64,000 bases of DNA. Origin: Tubiluchus corallicola. Taxonomy: Eukaryota > Animalia > Priapulida. The stretch is from contig JAQGDQ010002368.1 in assembly GCA_030141605.1 (NCBI GenBank), positions 372,001 to 436,000 on the forward strand. The letters are read 5' to 3'. A program made the position numbers and the translations under genes. Shown one piece after another: positions 17,217 to 30,600 of this stretch (position 1 is the stretch's first letter; every line of letters starts with the position of its first letter). Under the pieces are notes generated by a model. That model was not told the origin of the DNA. It saw nothing but the letters and a program-made list of their open reading frames with translations, and ran no database searches.

Positions 17217-18734
17217 GCTGATTATTCAGATGATTTAATGTCTAACGGGACTGAAGAAGCAGCCTGTACTACAGTAACTTTCACGCTAAATTCTCAGCTC
17301 AGAATTGGCTTAACAAGTAACTACATGTGAAGCTCACTTGAATATATTTGTGCTTATCAGCGCAAGAGGACTTAACTATTCCAAAGCAAAGTTTAACAGC
17401 CACGAGAAAGTGCTTATCTCAACTAATTAACAAAGATTCAGAAAAATAACAGTTTAACTTTAGATGTTTATTTGCATAAATTATGTGCACAGGAATACAA
17501 TTTAATCTCTTCATAACGCTATCGTAACTCGTAAGAAATGGCTCTTACTTGTAGCCAGATTTATGTAATGTTCATAAATTAACATTTTTGCACTTATACC
17601 GTGTTGCATGGCCGCACTTTAGCTCACCTGTCACCTATTGAACGCATAAAATTACTTTAAAATAGAATATAAGAAATCGTATAACATAGTCGCAAACTAT
17701 GCCACTGTAGTAATATATAATTATACACTTTACGTACTAGAAGAAAAAATGACATGATTATTACGGAGACATGTTTGCTTTTATGGCTGAGGTAACGTAA
17801 ATTTGCAACAGCAGGGTCAGAGAAGACTGGCTGACTAGAATGTCACTGGATAGGCGTAGGCATCTTATTTGTTATTTACAGGAATGCCGTATACCACAGC
17901 ACAGTTATTAGTCTAAAGAATACTATGCGTTGAGAGTTGAATACAAACGACGGGGTCTTGCCTCGACGAAATGGTACTAGGTCATTTGTAAGCATTTTTC
18001 TTTTCAACTAATTAATTGAAAAAACGATAGTTGGCGTCTCATGCTGTCCGCTCGAGTTGTCAGTAATATTCGTTTTCGGTTTTGTCAGTGCGAAATTGTG
18101 ACAGCATAATGAGCTTAAATAAATTTTGCAGTGCAAATAAAATTTTCATAAATTACAAATGTAGGCAGAAAAACAGTATTTTAATGCATACTGATTTTTT
18201 ATTGCGTTTTTTATTTTTAAAACTCTTTTGCTTTAAGCAGTAACACGAAGTGCGCTTGTTCCCACACAGAAAAATACGTCAGATTAGATATTTATTTGTT
18301 TATCTATTTTAGCCTTAAGAAAATAATACAATAACAAAAGGGTTGCAACACAATAAATTGGCTAGGGAAATCTGTGCACCACAATGTGCAACGACCATAG
18401 CATAACGAACAGGCCGCCCAAAGTAAAGAGTGAACGTAATGATGGATGATTTTGATGTGGTCCGCCCTGGTGCACATTACAGCTCCATTGTGTGTTACAG
18501 TCAGGCATGCAGTATTAATGATAGGTTTTTTTACTGCCCTGAATGCTACAGGACTTAAAGCAAAAAGTCACGAAAACCGTAAACCTAGGCACTGTAAATT
18601 GCGTCAGAGACACGTGAAGAGTAAAATAAACAGCTTGGTTTGAAGGACAAGAAAACCCTTTACTTACATAAGCTAAAAAATTCTCCAAATTTTGTACACC
18701 TACATGCTGTCTCACTGCGCACTGAGCTTGTATT

Positions 18735-19075
18735 AGCTGTATAAATCTTGAAAATTTAAACTCTTAAGATGACCATTTGCCGCGGCCAGTAGGTCGGTTG
18801 AAACAAGTTTAAATAACATTGGGGTAAAGTTTAAAAAAATAATCAGAGCATTTGTAGTGCACACTTCACTAGCTAAACAAAAGTATAAATTGCTTTATCC
18901 TGTTAGTAAAATTAGTAGTGTATCTTTGGTGAGTCAGATAGTGGTGCACCCTGGGGAGGTGAGCCACTGACATTTTACCAGTTGGCGCGAACATTTAAAT
19001 TACTGACAGTTTTCTTCTCTAGTTGCGCAAGTTTTCCAAATAAGTAAGCTTAAGGCGAAAGAATATAACTTTGTA
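18735..19075. mobile_element. Dispersed repeat; diverged copy of the arm of the inverted-repeat element at 42655-44421
   Basis: Shares ttgaaacaagttta(a/g)ataacattg, aataatca.agcatt.gtag.gcacac and gtgg.gcaccctgg..ggt.ag...gacattttacca with 44085-44260. Confidence 0.7.
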
Positions 19076-19845
19076 AGGAAGGTGTTTCAAGAACATACCT
19101 TAAAATTTTCCTTGTTTTGCCTTTGAAAGAAAGGCTAAGCTTTCTGAAATTCTGAGAAGTTGGACTTATTTCAATATTCGGGATAATTGTTAAAAGATTT
19201 AGTAATAAGAATATGATAAACGCCTTCTGTAATTAGTAAAATCACTTTGAAGTTGCAATCATTATTTTCATGCTTGGGCACTTACATTTTGGATGCCCAT
19301 TTGCCCTCCAAGGACGTCGTTCATTAGATGAAGAAAAGCAAAACACTCTCAATTTTAGTCAAAAGTATAACACTTTAAGCTTTAACAAAAAATTAAATAG
19401 CTAATTTTGTAATATTTTTGCACGAATGTTATGTATGCTACAGAAATTTGAATAACTTTAAGCTGAGCGTTCTTATGGAAAGCCACGGTACACTTACAAA
19501 AAGTCATGAAGTAGACCAGCTATGTCATAATTTTCAAGTGAATAGCTGCTACCACCGTATCTGAAGATTTTTCTACAGCGGTAGTGTAAATTAACCTTAT
19601 ACTATGTAGGCAGTTTTCCTGCAAATTTGCTTGTTATATTTTTCTAAATTTAAGTAGATAATAGTAAAATAAACCTAATAATCCCAGTTGCAGGAAAGCG
19701 GGTGACACAGGCGGAGAGAAAAAACGAATACTCTGCAGATCGTTAAAAGATGTGTCATACTGCTGTTATTGGGGCGGCGGCCAGAATAAGATAATGAACA
19801 AAATTATTATGTAAATGTGTATTGTGTGGCTGCGAGATAACCAGC

Positions 19846-22800
19846 ATGTCTAGAAAAGCAGGAAAGCAAGCGAAGATTATCGAAAAACGGAGGACTAGAA
19901 CTACAGACTGTCCTGAAATTTCGGATGAACTGGTAACGCTAACATTGCCATTAGAATTTACCATAACCTACATTAGCTAAGTCCTCTGGTGTACCATCAT
20001 GGCCACATTTACACCACGAGTAAAGATTGATTTCGTCAAATCAAACATGGCAGTTTACAGCAGTCAGCAATGTTTAGCATTAAACAAGTAAAGTGGCCTA
20101 TCTGGGACGGGCCATTGAGTGTGGCTATTCAGGTACGAGAAATTTGGGAGTACGAGAGACTGCTGACTACCGTGTCAGGTGCAAAGTGACTTTAATGCAA
20201 GAGTACTTTATTTATGTGTGCTGTAGTATACAGTTTTACTGCCTAGTAGGCCAATACTGCGGGAATCTTCCCTTGATTACCTTATAAACTTAAAGCATCT
20301 TTAATTGTAAATTTTTTGTAAGGAGAGAATAATTATTTTTGTGAGAACAGTCATGTAATTAAAACTGGAAACAACTTCAAACCTCACTATAGCCTGCACA
20401 AAACACTGCTGTTAATATTATTATGTACTTCACATCAGGTACAGCAACTTGTTACAGTTATTGTTAGTCTTATTATTAATGATATACATTATTTGGCTCA
20501 TTAATGGTGTGGTTCTTTTCCAGTTGGCGACTATTTCTGTCATACCTAGTTATAATGCCCCCCTCCTTTGTAATACCAACCTTGCTTAGTGCCCAAATTT
20601 TCAGTAAAACAAAATGTCTTAGACATGCATGTATTAATGCACGTTGTTATAATGCCAAACTCACTATAACACAAACTATTTTGTTTCAAAATAGGTGGTA
20701 TAAAGAGGTTTGTCAGTGTAAGCAACTAAACACGTACTATTCATTGGCTTCTTCTAAAATCTAAAACACAATCACTTTATCATTATTATTATTATACTAG
20801 TTGTAATGACACTGTATTTTGATGAATTATAGTTATGAATAGATTGTGTGATGCACATTTCTGTTATTTGCTTTTTTGCAATACACAAAATACTTTTGAA
20901 AATGCTGTCACATTTTAATAAACTGCTGATGTATTTAGATAAAATGTCTCATGCTCAAATATCCCTTGCCCAAATGTCACGTGCCTTCTAATAGTATTGG
21001 TATTGGAACCGGTGTTGTAATGCCGGTGTCACACAGAGCTTGACATAATCCGCAAGACATAAGCCGTGTGGAGAAAAAGCTGCTTCTGAAGAGTGAACTT
21101 ATGCTAACCAATGGTCCCTGTCGTACAGATAATCCATTTACCATCTTCTGCCTACTGTGGTTTGACTGCTATAAGGCATTAGCCATAATACGTGGTAGGC
21201 TTCTTCCAAGCCATTTTGGGTGGTTTATAAAGTGCCTTTTTGCAAAATGGAATTGGCATTAATTTCATTTGCCATAAGATGTTTTTGGTTATTGCTAATG
21301 TGGTAATTACCGTATATATGTGTGTACAAGTCGATGTACATTTTAAGACCAAAAATTTTATCATTTTATATATTACCTGTGTACAAGTCGACCGTTAAAT
21401 ATTAAGATCTTCCAGAGTAAATGATGTCAACAATGGCCGAGTAATAAATCAATAGCGTGCTGTGTTAGTTTGTAAGATTCGTGCGAGTGCCTGGGCCGAG
21501 TATATTATACCTACCAGTTGTGTATATATATATATATATATATTCATGTTGAGGGCCCTCAGTGCAATCCATGATACTGCAGCCTGGCCTTTCATCGCGC
21601 ATAATTGTTTGTAATGCCTTTAACCCTAGGATATTGCGGCAGGATCCGTCGTAACATTTCAGTTGCTGATTTCTCACTTAAAACTAAAAATCCATACCTG
21701 AAACATCACAGTTTTATTCAGTAACATCTTTTGAATAGAAATATATCTCAATTTACAAATATCGATTCCGTTTATGCGTATTTACGCTAGATTTTCAACA
21801 GTCGGTATCAATTTAAATATCGTTTTTGCTCCCATGTTTACAAGTCTGACCTTATTAATTATGCATGCAGTCCTCCTTTCAAAGCAACCTTTCAATAAAT
21901 TACATTTGTTAATTTTGTGAAGTAATGTCAAGATGCGAACATTCTCTGGTGTGAAGTATCACAGTAAGAATGTTCATTCAGTCCAGCGTGTAATGGAGGA
22001 TTAATTCGTTACATATTCGTATTGTAGACGACTTTTTAGCGACATCTCCCAAAAATTCGACTTGTACATTTGTACTCGTTTTTTTTACAGTGCACAATTC
22101 ACCTATCATGAGAATTCTCTCATGTTCCATGTTTATTTTGGTCACTTCAGAATGTCACTTGGCTTGCGTGTGATTTGAGCTAATGCTTTGAGTTTGTATT
22201 GTAACATTATAAAAACTAAACTAGAAACTGTACATAGAAATGTGTGGCTGGACTGGACACAGTAGTAATATTTCAGTATTTAAATAGTTGTTCGTTACGT
22301 TCACAGTTTGACTTTCAGTAAACAAAATGGTGTGTCATTTAAGCATTTCTTGTAAACCCCCTAAATGTTATTTATTATTTTAAATTTATTTCGCACATGA
22401 TTCATGATTTATAAGCTAAGCATTATTTGCTCCTAATTTCATAAAGGGCAGTTCCTATGGAAGTTATTAAGTTATTATATTGTCATATAAACTTTTTGTA
22501 TATTTTCCACATTGTTTGGCTTTCATTCTACTTTTTAAAGGTGACAGTTAGCTTCCACCCACAGTTTGGTAAATTTCAGTCAGACTTGTTTCAATATATT
22601 CAGGAATCAGGATGGGATCAAGTTTCTTCTATTTTGCTTTACATTTTTTGCATTTAGTAAAATGAGCAAATAACTGGATGGTGTGACCACAAGCTCATCA
22701 AATGTCACAAAGAAGCAGTGTTGAACTTACCATAAAAAATATGACATTGTTATTATCATTTGAATTTATGTTCAAGATAGAAGTAGTACTGTTTTCATAA

Positions 22801-25800
22801 TCTTATCAGAACAATGTAAATAACTGTCTAACTGTGTAAATAAATAACAACCATAGTGTGTGAAATGAGTTTGTCAAAAGTGATACAAAAACACAATATA
22901 TATTTTTAAAGTCCTAGGTAATATAGATTTTTACAACATGTATATTTATTTCAGGGTGCTGCCTCTTCTGGTAATCAACCTTCAGCAGTTAATAAAGCAC
23001 TGCAGAAACTCAGTGGCGATGAAGCACAGCGTAAAGTAAACGAAATAGTACAGTACCTTTTAGTTGCCAGCCAGAAAAATTATCCCATAAAACGAGCAGG
23101 TAACAAACCATTACAGTAAATGTTTGAAATACATGTAGTACCCATAGGAAGTACTGACTGCAAAGTACGGAATACTAAATTGTGTAACTCTTGCCCCATT
23201 TAACAAATGCTAAAGTACGTTAAAAGTATCGTTCGTTTGACATACGCACGTACGCACACACACACACTCACACAAACACGTATATATATATATGTTTCCT
23301 TTTTAGATATCAACAAACACGTTTTGAAAGAACACAGTAAAGCATTTCCCAAGCTTATCAAGTTGGCAAAAAGGAATTTAGAATCAGTAAGTATGCATCA
23401 ATTTGCACTGAATGATATTGAATTTTTTCAATCATATAAGTTCAGCGACGTGACTTTGACCAATGTTGAATTAAAATGACACAAATGACAACGAGCCTGT
23501 TATATTACGTGACCACAGTAATTGTGAAGTTAACATATAGTGTATTAACTATGCAGCTAAATTGGCAAAACTTGAATTACCATTTATAGAAAAAGTATTG
23601 TTTTGCATCTCAAGAAGCATGGTGCCTACAAGTGGAGAAAATTATGCTCGGGATTGAATTTTGCACAATTCTAATAAGTAATTTGTGCTTGAAGTGCAAA
23701 ATTAAATGACATTGACATTCACAGTATGTCACTATGAATTTCACAGATGTTGGATACTCAGTGAAAGTTTTTCATTATCTTAACATTAGGTACTAATCCA
23801 ACATCAAGCTTGCTATTCTCTTTTCCACGTTTTGTTCTTACTGCAAAAAATATAGCTCGTTCAATACAGTACATGCTATTTATTGGACTCACAGTTAATA
23901 GCATCAGTCACTTAAGTGACCCAAAAACACCTGGTACCGCCGGTCCTATTTAAATTTATATAAAAACTGCTGATGATAGACTCTAATAACTCTGTATAAT
24001 TGACTCAATATGTCTGCTTTACGTGCTTCAACAAGACACTTTTGTGTGACCAATAAGCACATGAGTTTTATGTCATCTTAATTAGCTTTTGTGCTCTAAT
24101 ATCCATAGAAACAATCACGTTAAGTACCGTTTTATTTGTAAGGAATGTTTATCATATGCTAATATGTTAGCCTAGCAGTTTTGCTTTGACCAATGCATCC
24201 ACAGCAAGTAACCTCGTTAGAAGGAAACGATTCCGACGACACAGCTTCCATCCTTTTCAACACCCTGCACTTATTGGCTTTGTCCTGGAGTAATGTAACT
24301 GAACACACTATTCAGAACTGGTTCACTCAAGCTAGATTCATTCATTCAAATAAAACTGACAATGAAATTCTTACACTGCAAGAGATAGGCTTAACTGCAC
24401 CACCTGGTATGAGCAACAAAGAGTTTGAGAGCTGGCTGAAATTGATTCAGCTATATAGGTCACCTTGCTAAATCACCATGACCAGGAAGCTACTTGCGGG
24501 GAAACACGAGCACCACCAACTGCAGCTCAAGCATGCCAAGCACTATTTTACGAGAATGAAAAAAGGAAACTTTTTTAATTTCTTTTTTATTAATTCACTA
24601 TAAATTAATATTTTTAAATTACTGCACAGGAATTTAGGCATTACTTCATTTCTGAAATTCATTAAAAACCTTTGCAGTGCATACTAAGCTGATGATTCAT
24701 GCTAAATCATTCATGAGGATTCATTCACACTTCTATATTAGTAATACTACATCTGTTGGTTAATTGCGTTAAAACACTTTTGTCCCAAAGTGAACCTTTC
24801 CGGCGCATACTGTAATACCATGGCTTTGTCACAGTGTCTTGGCAGTTTCACATAGTTTTCACATTTTGTCCCAATAGTTTCATAAAAGTGCTCAAAATAC
24901 AATCAACAAAAAGCTTGTAAGTTAGTTGTATATGTAGTTGATATTATGTACATCACTATGTTACTGATATTTTATATTTGGAACTGTTTGTTTAGGCATT
25001 TGGTATAAAGCTGGTAGAATTGGAGAGCAAAAAGGCATGTTACATTCTTGTGAATGGTTTTGAAAATCAGAGGCATCTAAAGCTGAAGGAGGAGGAATAT
25101 GCACGACATGGGCTCCTAATGACAGTCCTCTCATTTCTGTTTATGCAGGAGAGTCCTGTAGCAGAATGTAAGCATCATATTATTTTTTAATGAACCTAAT
25201 ACAGGGTTGTTCAGAAAAAACATTTCCTCATACTAACTCTTAGCCTCTTATCCTAGTACAGGCATTTGTAAAAGAGATTCGCATCTTGTAGCCTGGATTC
25301 TCATTTTTCCAAAGGACTATAAATTTGCCTCTAAGACCCCTTACAAGCACTGCTAGGACAATTTTTGTACACCATGTCCATCTGGGGTTGACAGGCAAAA
25401 CAAGCTGTCAAATGTGCCATCTAAAATGACTGCTTTTGTCCATTATCTATACAAAAATTTTGTCAGCACCTTTTAAAGGAGCTTTTGGAGCGCAATTTAC
25501 AACTCGTAGGAAAAGGCTACATGGTGGTGTGAGTCTCTAATACAACAATTTTACCAGGTTGAAAGACTAATAGTTTTTTCTGTGCATCAAACTTTATTTT
25601 ATTTGTCCAACCTGAATGGTTTTCCTGCTTGTCGCATTAAACAAGAGTATTTGACAGGCAATTTCCCCAAGGTGCTAATTGTTTTGGCTTATTGTACATT
25701 ATGTTTTTTAGCTATTTTGTGGCAGTTTCTGAAGAAACTTGGAATAAAAGAATCTGAGTAAGTAGCTACTAGATATCATCATGTCTGGTATTAGTATACA

Positions 25801-27337
25801 TCGCCTCAAATGGGCACCAATCTGTTATTAGTAAATAACAGCAAATGAACGTGCTGGTGCACATTTAACAGGTTACACTGTTATACCAACATGAAAATTC
25901 AGTGAACTGTGATTGTAATTTAAACTATAACCTTACATAAGTTTTGAATATCCATGAAAACATCTCAACTAAAAGCAACCAACTAGGTTTTGTGTTCTAC
26001 TTTATTTTTTCTCGGTGGAAACACCTGATTAAAAATTCATGTGGTTAGATAGAGAATTTCACGGGCTTTCTAATTGTGTATAATATGATGAATTTTGTTG
26101 CCATGGTAACATGCAATAATTGTAGAACTATCACATGTGAACTAGACCAGACATGGCAGCTGTGGAATTGTAAGCATGTTTTGCTAATTGTTTCTACTAC
26201 AGTTTATTTAATATTAGTCTGCAGTGACTGATATTTATACATAGAATAGACAAGAATTCTACCTCAAAAACTGCAGTAAATGCTGTGCCTAAGCGAATGT
26301 TCTAAGAGCGGTAATTTGGCACCATTTCTTTGGTGCACACTATCATCGGACAGCATGCTATATGTACATATCACTTGTATACAAGTCAATGCAACTCTTT
26401 TTATACACCTAAATACTAAAGCAGCCACAGTAAGCAGCAAGCAAATGTGAAACCGAGACTCCTAATAAAAGTTCTTTTTGGGTACAAAAGAAATTTACAA
26501 AATATATTATATGACACAAAACTTCTAATAGCATTAATTTTGGTTTTCATCTTAAATGTTCCAAATACTAAAAATGTCATTTTTGTCTTGCACGCACATC
26601 TAGCAAGAACCACCCGGTGTTTGGCGATGTTCGAAAATTAGTGACTCAGGAATTTACACGAGAGTTGTATCTAAACTTCGAAAGAATACAGGGTACTGAT
26701 CCACCACAGAATGAAGTTAGCTGGGGAGAACGAGCACAGCACGAACTGAAGATGAGAGATTGCTTAAAGTTTGTTTGCAAGGTAGGCAACTAGATTTCTT
26801 ACATTTTTTATTAATTCAGTTATTAAAATGATTAGAGCACTTGAGTATCAAATTCCAGTTTTTAAATGTTTTTAAAACTACTGTGTCCCTTATCTTGTGC
26901 AAGCTTCTTTGTATCTGTAGTAATTACTTATGTGGAGCTTATTTTCTGACGAAGATTTGATGATTATTGTTTGTTGATAATAAGCTTAAATATGCTTAGC
27001 AAATATTGTATACACAATACCTAAAATATATTAACTACGTATATCTTTAGTAGACGTACAATAAATGAAGATCGTTTTTGTACCAAACATATAAACCTTT
27101 CTTGATATTACAAGTGAAATGTTGCATTTTTCATTTCTTTTGTTAGCTTATTCTTGTTGAAGGTTATAAAATTGTAACTCCATTAATTCATGAACAAGCA
27201 AGTTTTTTGCGAATTTATAGCACAAATCTCATTGTCTTGTATTTTTCTGTTTTTAGATGTATGGAGAGGGTTTTGTACCACAGAACTGGACTTCGCAATA
27301 TCAAAGGGTACTGCAATCAGAGGAAGGAGAAAATTAG
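19846..27337 (+). CDS. NSMCE3: NSE3/MAGE-G1-like subunit of the SMC5/6 complex, 7 coding exons, ~262 aa
   Basis: Exons 19846-19932, 22955-23099, 23307-23386, 24996-25167, 25712-25757, 26604-26781 and 27257-27337, all GT-AG with compatible phases (789 nt). MAGE-domain motifs KVNEIVQYLL..PIKRADI, FGIKLVE..YILVN, GLLMTVLSFLFM, LWQFLKKLG, HPVFGDVRKL, WGERA. Exon 1 is the least certain. Confidence 0.92.
20349..20935 (+). repeat. Dispersed repeat shared with ~55538-55960
   Basis: agtcatgtaattaaaactggaaa and the downstream gcacatttt..aaaatg.tgtcaca..taataaaa occur in both introns. Confidence 0.55.
23867..24812 (+). mobile_element. Degenerate pogo/Tigger-like DNA transposon in NSE3 intron 3
   Basis: TA|CAGTA...TACTG|TA termini. 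The internal peptide LFNTLHLLALSWSNVTEHTIQNWFTQARF resembles the C-terminal part of Tigger/pogo DDE_1 transposases (AWxxVxxxTIxNCFxKAGF). Confidence 0.65.
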
Positions 27338-27657
27338 ACGGCATAAAAGCATAATATGATGATCTAATTTTAGTAATTTTGGTAGTTGCTATTGTGGTCT
27401 GAATCATTATTGTTCATAATTGCTCAACTCGGTGTGACTTCAAGAAAATGTTTATGCTAGTAATAGTGTGAAGGCTTATGATAGTGTAAAGTTCAGCAGA
27501 AATAACATAAATGATTACAAAGCATTACAAACAGCTGTAAGTGATGAGGGTTTTAATTTGAGAATAGTTTTTTTTGTACAGATACTCTATAACCATTGAC
27601 TGTATTCCAAATAAACCTTTGTATACTACAAGTATTTGTTAGGTGTTATTTCAGATG

Positions 27658-30600
27658 TTAACTACGTGGCAAGTTAAACACTGCTAATGGTCCACTGCTT
27701 GTAGAACACCTGTCCAGGTATAAAGAGCATGTGTATTTGTTCAAGTCGAAGATAGCTGAAAAAAGACAGTAAAAATCTTTATCAGATCTGTTTTCAAAAT
27801 TTCGAGTTTCCAGTACTTAAAATATAAAAAATTAGAAACACATTATGTATCAAGTATTTTTGAGAATAGCAACATCGTCGAGTTGGTTCTTTTAATTTAA
27901 ATAAGGGTTGAATCAGCAATTCCCAAAATCATCAACTAAGTCTGTATCTTGATCAGGAAAAGGAGGTCAGTTCGGTTTTTCTAGTGTTAAATCTAGCAGT
28001 AATTCCCAGTCTCAGAGAAGATTTCAGCACCGTAGATAACTAGCACTTAACTGACCGCCTTGAACAGAATGGGCATGATACGATACTAATGAATTAGAAT
28101 TTTTAGCATACATGGCTATATGCAAATAAATTATTGTCATAAATATATCACTTGATAAAGTAAAAGCAGAGAGTCTGGGAAACCAACTTTGGTCATTATT
28201 TAACACCTTCATTGACATGGTGAATGGAGAAATCTGGTCATTGAGAATAACACTCTGGTAACCACTTGTAAATAAAGAAGACTGTTTACTACAATGTCAC
28301 AAATGTACACTAGCACAGCGCACTCTTGCATAATTGAACCCCGAGTTAAACTAGCAGATTAATGAATGCGAAGAGCCATTTCAGGTTACAAACTTACCTG
28401 TAAATAAAGTAATGCTTTTCATTGGATGAACTCTTTCTGAACGGAAAATCGGAAATTTTTCGTCGGAAGAGTCACTTAACAATTCCATAATCTCACTAAT
28501 TGTTTTTATTGGAGGCGCTTTCCGAATCACTGCCTCTCTATGCTTTGATGATGCAACAAGACTTGGTACATCACAGCCTGCATTTATTCTGTGGTATCTG
28601 GAAAGTTAACACTGATTGCATTCAGTCTTTAAGTACTATGTACCACCTTTAGTACATCAACATCAATATTTTTCTGTGTTGCTGCACATTATTATCCAAT
28701 CGTGATTTTAATCATTTGTAACGAATCAGTTGAATGAATAATATATTTAATGCATACATGTTGACATGGTATCTTGTTGGTACTGTCATGCAGTGATCTT
28801 TTTCTTTCATCACACAGACGTCTAATCTTGAGGCTGTTTCATCATACTGCGGATATGCAACTTCGTAGTTAGATATCATTTTTTCTGAAGGTTGCATTAA
28901 ATTTACGCTACAAGCAAAAAAATCGCATGCTGTCAGACACTATATCACACCATGCCAATTTTAACAAAATTCTACAGCGCTTGCAATACTGTTTTAAGTT
29001 TGGCAGGTTTTCTTATTAAGCTGGCATATTGTAAAGATACCTGATTCAGTTTGGTAACATTAATTTTTCAACATTGTATGTGAGTGAGCAGTAAATGTCA
29101 CAAACTTAAAATAAGGAAAAGATTACATGTATGAAGACTATGACAAGGAACAAGACTGAAGCTATTCAGTATGAAAGTGTTGAGCAGCTCTGAATTGTAT
29201 TATGATTATTAATAAACAAAAACTGGCGAGCAAAGCTCACTTTTACAATGTTGCTCGGTTTGCTTGCATCCTCACTTCTCTTTATCTCTCTCTTTGCAGG
29301 CAGTCTGCAGAAAATTTTAAAATGAGGCTTTTTTGCGTTAAATTTATCTTTAAATTTATTTTAGGCAGAGCGGCATGACACCTTTCTCTTGATTATTGTG
29401 TTACTATAATACAATATTTGAGTTACCATGCCATTGAAAGAATTTTTCCTTTGAAATACAGTAATACTGAAGTGTGCGAAAATTGACCCCCTCCCCCTAT
29501 GTCTGTCCCAGTGGCCCTAGTATTATTCATGCAAAATTTCATTGAAGTCAGTCATTTGGCCATACATAAAGAGCAAACAGGCAAACTTGAGTGGCTAAAA
29601 TAGTGTAGGAAGCTAATGGTTTTAATAAAATCCTGTTACCTGATGCCAGACGCTATCCCACAACCTTCATCTCGTAACACATCTTCCACTTCTGCCTTGG
29701 AACGAGCTGCTAATATTGCCCTGACCATTATCGGCACAGCTAAAAAATAAAACCATACAATTTTTTAACGCATTACAATCTAACAATAATATATTCCATT
29801 TTCCACAAAGGAGATTTTATTATTGTAATTATATATTAAAAAGCATCCTTGCAAAACTTATTCCTAGCTCATTTAATATAAAATTAATGTACTAATATAC
29901 ATGTAGAGCTCCCCTAGTAAATAGAAAGAAACTGATGCCGACCTACTGTATAAAAGCTTTGACTTAACTTTTCAGTGCCAGGTTTCAAATGAAACTCCCT
30001 TATTATAACATGAGAATTCTGTTTGCAACCACATTGCTATTGAAAATTAGGGACTACAACCATCATGAACAATGGCCCTTTAATTGTAAATAACACTGGG
30101 ATCGTATGAGCTTTGAACTGTTTGTTTAGACACGAATCTCACAACCAAGTGCAAATGGGTGTGCAAACCCAGAAAATTATCTTTTTTGTTATATCCTTAC
30201 GTAGTTTTCCTCGTCGACATCCATTTGGTATTACATCATTTAGAGTATAGATGACTCCATGTTTGTTGAAGCCAATGCTGTATCCAGGTGTGAAACCAAA
30301 AAATGAAATGGCAGTCCAGTCTTCTTCTAGGACACCATGTTTGCCCATTGGCTCATCACTGATTATATGAGCTGTTATCATCCCATATGAGTGTTCCAGA
30401 CACAAGAAATAGTCCTCATTATGTCCAAGTGCAAACTAGAAAATGATATACAAACAAAATTAGTTTATAACGATACAACGATATATTAAGGCTACTCTAA
30501 TATATTAGACACAAATGTGTACTAGCTTTTTCTAAGCATTTATCTTGCAATATTATACAAATGCATAGCATAAATATTTTTGCAATTCCAGGAAATACGA

